From a virus (taxonomy: Duplodnaviria; Caudoviricetes), in the IMG/VR virus record IMGVR_UViG_3300028048_003161: DNA of 64,000 nucleotides; one strand, given 5' to 3'. Numbering within the stretch: the stretch's first letter is position 1; every line of letters starts with the position of its first letter. This document shows positions 59,371 through 64,000 of this stretch, one piece after another. The notes below the pieces were generated by a model. The model did not search any database, was not told the DNA's origin, and worked only from the letters and a program-made list of their open reading frames with translations. A program made the position numbers and the translations under genes.

Positions 59371-59536
59371 GAAACAGCATACAAGCAAGAAAAACAAGTG
59401 CAGTGAGGATATTGAGGGCTGCACTTGTTTAGATTGTTTAAGAATAAGAAAATATGAAAGACCTAGGTTTGACGACCTTGAGCAATTTGACAATCTTGAT
59501 ATATTTAAGAAAGACAACATCTTATTTAAGAAGTAA
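59360..59536 (+). CDS. small Cys-containing hypothetical protein
   Basis: C......CxCxxC motif; overlaps the cheW stop. Confidence 0.5.
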   Translation: MRDKKQHTSKKNKCSEDIEGCTCLDCLRIRKYERPRFDDLEQFDNLDIFKKDNILFKK

Positions 59537-59564
59537 AACAGGGGGTAATAGGAGGACAGATAGA

Positions 59565-60026
59565 GTGGAAAAAGCAAAGGTAGTTGAAGGAGACATTGGT
59601 TTAGACTATGATCAGGTGTTTAATGACCTGAGACATAAGTTAAGAGTACATAACAGAGACAAATGTACATGGTTGAAAGAAAATTCACCTGTAAATTCAA
59701 ATGGGGACAAGAGAATTAACTTCATATACCATAATGGGAAAGATAATGCAGTTCTTGGCGGTTTGTTTGGTCATATGGAGTATAATTGGATTCACTTAGA
59801 GCAGTTGTATGTAGATGAAGGGTATAGAGGTCAGGACATTGGTACAGAACTTATGAAAAGTGCAGAGACATATGCAAAAGAGAAAGGTGCAACAGGTATT
59901 GTATTTGAGACATGGAGTTTTCAGGCAAAACCTTTCTATGAGAAGCTTGGGTATGAGGTCTTTGCAGAGTTAAAGGATTGTCCTCCTGGAACAGTAATGT
60001 ACCTGTTGAGAAAAGAACTTGCATAA
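59565..60026 (+). CDS. GNAT-family N-acetyltransferase
   Basis: LYVDEGYRGQDIGTELM, TWSFQAKPFYEKLGY; GTG start after AGGAGG. Confidence 0.92.
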   Translation: MEKAKVVEGDIGLDYDQVFNDLRHKLRVHNRDKCTWLKENSPVNSNGDKRINFIYHNGKDNAVLGGLFGHMEYNWIHLEQLYVDEGYRGQDIGTELMKSAETYAKEKGATGIVFETWSFQAKPFYEKLGYEVFAELKDCPPGTVMYLLRKELA

Positions 60027-60052
60027 AAATAGGATAGGAGGACACTGAATAA

Positions 60053-61018
60053 ATGGAAGATGTACTTAATATTGTAAAGACAGATCTTGGTGTTTATTTG
60101 TTAGATATAATGGAAAAGAATGAATGTACAGAGAAAAGTTTAGCAAAGAACATTGAAGCATTTTTACAGAAAGATAAAGTAAAGGCATACAGTGACAGGA
60201 CAGACATTGGGGCATTTGTAAATGCATTTCTATATAAAGTGCATTGCACTATCAACAATGAGAATGTACAGCAGGCAGTTGTGGATTCAGTTGTGGATAT
60301 GGACTTGGTTGAGAAATTAAAAAGCATGAAAGTAAGAGTTGGACATAACTTGCATTTGGATAATACACATGATATGGTAAAAGAAATCATGGTTATTAAA
60401 GATGATCAGACAGTTTCTGAATACAAGGCATATGATAACCTTATTTTAATGGGAATACCCAGTGAACACTTGAATGAGCAGTGGGAACTTGATATGGAGT
60501 ATTCTGCAATTAAAGCAGGACTTGAGTTAAGAAATGTGATTTACAAATACATGTTCAACGTAAGAATAAGATACGGTACAGAGGTAAATGATAAAGAAAG
60601 CATTCTTGGTCAGGTGTTTAACAGTGACAAATACAAGATTACACAGCCAATGACATTTGAGGGCATGGCAAGTATTCCTGATTGGGTTTATTTCAACATG
60701 GATACTCATTTACCAGATACAAAGAAAAGCAAGAGCATTTCCAAAGCAAGTTTTGTATATGAACTTGCATCTAAATTCAAACTGTATGCGATTGGAGACA
60801 ATTTAGTACCAGAGGATGTATTGGAGAGTGACATTGAATTTGAAAGGGCACTTGCTGAATGTTCAGATAACATCACAGTTAATACATTCTACAAAATTCT
60901 TGAGAATAATGTGTTTAAGGGGTATGACACCTTGTTAAGTATTAGTGACAAGATTGGTGCAAAGTCTAACATCAAATTAAAGAAATTTCAGCAAGAATTA
61001 AGGCTTAGGCAGGATTAA
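60053..61018 (+). CDS. hypothetical protein
   Basis: 321 aa with AGGAGG RBS. Confidence 0.85.
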   Translation: MEDVLNIVKTDLGVYLLDIMEKNECTEKSLAKNIEAFLQKDKVKAYSDRTDIGAFVNAFLYKVHCTINNENVQQAVVDSVVDMDLVEKLKSMKVRVGHNLHLDNTHDMVKEIMVIKDDQTVSEYKAYDNLILMGIPSEHLNEQWELDMEYSAIKAGLELRNVIYKYMFNVRIRYGTEVNDKESILGQVFNSDKYKITQPMTFEGMASIPDWVYFNMDTHLPDTKKSKSISKASFVYELASKFKLYAIGDNLVPEDVLESDIEFERALAECSDNITVNTFYKILENNVFKGYDTLLSISDKIGAKSNIKLKKFQQELRLRQD

Positions 61019-61130
61019 AAATAGAGTATACATTTATATCTACTGTTGTAACCTGTCCAAGTACACTTGATATAAGAAAAGATATATTTATTAAAATTAT
61101 TTTGGGCTGGTTATTACAGATGGAGGAAGC

Positions 61131-62588
61131 ATGGAAGCAGTTAGATTGTACAGATTATCAGGAATAGAGACCTTAAGAGAAAGATTTAGGGCAGTAAGAG
61201 TAATTACAAATACATATGGAGCGCCTCTTTCAGACGAGGATATTACATTGTGGCTAGTTAATCTTTTTACAGGTGCAAGTGGTTTCACAGTGGACATTTG
61301 GAATAAACTCAACATCAATGGTTTAACTGAAGAAAGCTTCACTAATGATATAAATGTTGGTACTAGAATATCAGGTGGCATATATTTTTATAATATGTTA
61401 CAGGATAAAATTAGTAATAAGGAGATAAACTCAACAGAGGACTTTAGGGAGTTTGTCACTTACTTTAAGAATGATGTACTAACCGAATTGGAGTCTAAAG
61501 CACTTCTTGACCAGTTCATACTTGATAGATATAGTATTGAGCAGATTAGTCAGGAGGTACCTACAGTGGATTTAGATTCGCAAGTATATGTTCATTATCC
61601 TTATGATAGTGAGACAGATGTCTTGGCAGTTTATGACCTGGACTCTGGAGTAATTGTTAAGACCATTAAGGGTTCAGAGCATGAGACTGTTATTGAGGAA
61701 GATCAGACAGCTGAATCAGTGATGAGTCAGAAGCAATTAGAGGATATGGAGCATCAGGCAAAGAAAGAGACAGAGGAATTGCAGGAACTAATGAAGAGGG
61801 ATAAAGCAGTGGACAGTGAAAATAAGACAGAGAGCAATGAAAATAAAGTTGAATCAGTAGCTCATTTTGGACCTACAGTCAAAAAGGAAGATAGGAAAAA
61901 GTTTGATTTTAGTACTGCACAGGAATTAGTATTGTATGACAAGCAGTTGAAAAGTAAGTACATAGAAATTTATATTATTGGAGCTAAGAAATATGAAGTA
62001 CTTGGTACAGGTAAAGTGTATGAGACAGGCAGAGTGTTTGTATACAATGACCTTGGTAGTGGTACATGGCATAGTAATTTAAGTTCAGCATATACAGAAT
62101 TATGTAATCAGAAGCTGGGTGAATTTGCATCTTATAATTATTTCAAGTATACTTGTGATATAGAGGGTCAACCAGTGGATAACTATAGAGTCAATGAGAG
62201 TTACAAGCGACTTCGTGTTAGGGACGCAATTCAAAATTATTGCCTCTTTAGGGTTGATTTTACACCTATAGCTAAGGGTTTAGGCACCATTGAATTAAGG
62301 TCTGATGAACTTAACAAGTATGTTAAGATAAAAGATATAGACAGTGATCGTTGTACATATGAAAATGACTACAACTATGACAGTGGTTGGTATACATTGT
62401 ATTATATCATTGAAAAAATGTGCAAAGACATGAAATGCGCAATCAATAAGTTTAGAGTAGAGGCAATATTAAAGACTTTCAAACCGTCAGATATGAGGTT
62501 TAGTCTTTCAGACTTAATCACAATAAAGTATGAAAAAGTGATTGATGACATAACAGAGTTTATACCTGATTATGAGTTTGAATTTTAA
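61131..62588 (+). CDS. hypothetical protein
   Basis: 485 aa with GGAGG RBS. Confidence 0.85.
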   Translation: MEAVRLYRLSGIETLRERFRAVRVITNTYGAPLSDEDITLWLVNLFTGASGFTVDIWNKLNINGLTEESFTNDINVGTRISGGIYFYNMLQDKISNKEINSTEDFREFVTYFKNDVLTELESKALLDQFILDRYSIEQISQEVPTVDLDSQVYVHYPYDSETDVLAVYDLDSGVIVKTIKGSEHETVIEEDQTAESVMSQKQLEDMEHQAKKETEELQELMKRDKAVDSENKTESNENKVESVAHFGPTVKKEDRKKFDFSTAQELVLYDKQLKSKYIEIYIIGAKKYEVLGTGKVYETGRVFVYNDLGSGTWHSNLSSAYTELCNQKLGEFASYNYFKYTCDIEGQPVDNYRVNESYKRLRVRDAIQNYCLFRVDFTPIAKGLGTIELRSDELNKYVKIKDIDSDRCTYENDYNYDSGWYTLYYIIEKMCKDMKCAINKFRVEAILKTFKPSDMRFSLSDLITIKYEKVIDDITEFIPDYEFEF

Positions 62589-62596
62589 GAGAAAGT

Positions 62597-62632
62597 AATA
62601 GGGCATGGCAATAAAAGTCATGCCCTATTTTA
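62597..62632 (+). terminator. rho-independent terminator
   Basis: AATAGGGCATGGC-AATAAAA-GTCATGCCCTATTTT. Confidence 0.8.
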
Positions 62633-62684
62633 TGCATATAAATATATTAAATGTATTTTAATAATTTAATTTGGAGGCTATTCA

Positions 62685-64000
62685 ATGTTATTAGGTAATG
62701 ATTATAGGAATGATGCTGTAGAAAAATTGTATGGAGACAGAATCGGAGATAGTTCAATCATCTTTACTCCTTGGGATACAGTAGAAAATATGTTAGATCT
62801 AATACCAGAGGACTTCTGGACACCTGATGTTACTATATTAGATATGTACTGTAAGTCAGGTAGGTTTCTTGTTGGGGCATTTAGAAAATTATATAATTCA
62901 CCTTATTTGGCATACTTGTCAGAGAGCGAGAGAACACTACATATCTTAAATAAGCAGTTATTCGGTTTGTGTGCTGACATGACATGTATGTTATTGTCAG
63001 AGGCTAATTTATATGGTCATGCTCAATATGGTAAAAAGCATATTAAATTAGTTGACACATATGATTATAACAGTGTAGTTAAGCAAAGAAAAGATGGTAT
63101 TATCAATAGGACATTAGAAGGGAAGTTTGGACAAATGAAGTTTGATCTGGTCATTGGAAATCCTCCATACAATAATGATGCATACATAGATTTCGTAGAG
63201 ATTGGACATAAATTAGCCACACAGTATAGCTGTTGGGTAACACCTGCAAAATGGCAAGCCAAAGCAGATAAAAAGAACGACATGTTCAGAAAAGCAATAG
63301 TGCCTTATATGAGTAAGATACTATTTTATAAGGACAGTCATGATATATTCAGCATACAAGAATGGGGTGGCATATCATACTATTTAGTAGATAAGAGTCA
63401 AAAAAGTAATAAAGTACAGATAAGGACAACCTGTAATAGTAATGATAATCTTAATTCAAGCTTTGAAGAACATGATGAGTTAAGTCCTGTACTATACAAT
63501 AGAAAAATTTTGCAACTAATTGGCAAAGTTGGTACACTTGGGGAAGGATTTAAGCAGTCGTTGTATGTAAAAAATACAGATCATGGGGAGAGTTGCATCG
63601 CTGGTACACTTGGGTTTAAACGACAGACATTTGTACATGAACAGGACAGAGGTGAATCTGCTATGAACAGTAACTATGTGGAGATAATGCAGGGAGATCA
63701 AGTATGTGGATACAAAAATAAAAAAGATTTATATACTCAATTGAACATTGATAAATGGAAGTGCATATGTTCAATTATGCCTGGTGCAGTATCACAGTTT
63801 GATCAAAACGGTCAAGTGCTGGGCATGATTAAGATAAGCATTATTGGACCTAATCAAGTACCTAAGGGCAGTTTTCCTGTGTTAAAATATTTTGACAGTA
63901 AGGAAGAATGCTATTCATTTGTGAGTTATTGTAATACAAGGTTAGTTAGTTTTCTGTTCTATTTGGGTGTATGCGGAACAACCTTAACTAAAGAGTTCTT
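62685..64000 (+). CDS. Eco57I-like N6-adenine DNA methyltransferase (runs off the window end; not in the ORF track)
   Basis: My translation: MLLGNDY...LYGDRI...IFTP...PEDFWTPD...ILDMYCKSGRF...MKFDLVIGNPPYN...PAKWQ...FDSKEECYSFVSYCNTR. Confidence 0.9.
   Translation, partial: MLLGNDYRNDAVEKLYGDRIGDSSIIFTPWDTVENMLDLIPEDFWTPDVTILDMYCKSGRFLVGAFRKLYNSPYLAYLSESERTLHILNKQLFGLCADMTCMLLSEANLYGHAQYGKKHIKLVDTYDYNSVVKQRKDGIINRTLEGKFGQMKFDLVIGNPPYNNDAYIDFVEIGHKLATQYSCWVTPAKWQAKADKKNDMFRKAIVPYMSKILFYKDSHDIFSIQEWGGISYYLVDKSQKSNKVQIRTTCNSNDNLNSSFEEHDELSPVLYNRKILQLIGKVGTLGEGFKQSLYVKNTDHGESCIAGTLGFKRQTFVHEQDRGESAMNSNYVEIMQGDQVCGYKNKKDLYTQLNIDKWKCICSIMPGAVSQFDQNGQVLGMIKISIIGPNQVPKGSFPVLKYFDSKEECYSFVSYCNTRLVSFLFYLGVCGTTLTKEF

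Noticed and set aside
382-63701. Many minus-strand ORFs in the track
   Set aside because: They shadow + strand genes or non-coding tracts, are Ser/Leu/Phe/Ile-rich as expected from the strand skew, and lack RBSs or motifs.

Overview
A 64-kb, AT-rich segment (roughly 30-33% GC, judged by eye) with every credible gene on the + strand and strong G>C skew. It has Firmicutes-type RBSs (GGAGG) and sigma-A promoters. No rRNA, tRNA, CRISPR, transposase, integrase, virion or core housekeeping genes are recognisable. The best fit is part of a very large mobile element (jumbo phage or megaplasmid) of a Clostridia/Lachnospiraceae-like host; this is inference. Recognisable genes: SPFH protein, zinc-ribbon protein, secreted Fn3 and Ig-like proteins, three paralogous NPPY N6-adenine methyltransferases, AAA_14/DUF4143 ATPase, UvrD/PcrA helicase, SipW-type signal peptidase, CheW and a GNAT. 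Most of the rest is expanded families of very divergent paralogs. Main unexplained features: (i) a giant protein with about 100 Cys in a Cys-x-x-x repeat and a RiPP-like leader; (ii) about 25 divergent proteins sharing a short 'MLG' motif; (iii) several non-coding arrays with a GATGCA/GATACCA-type motif phased every 21-23 bp; (iv) a 3.4-kb ORF-free, C-depleted tract of GACAAT/GACTTT motifs (candidate origin); (v) methyltransferases with different target-recognition regions, one lacking its SAM-binding half; (vi) a shared N-terminal tag domain fused to different cargos. About ten genes are split by single-base indels in homopolymer runs, probably in part sequencing errors.
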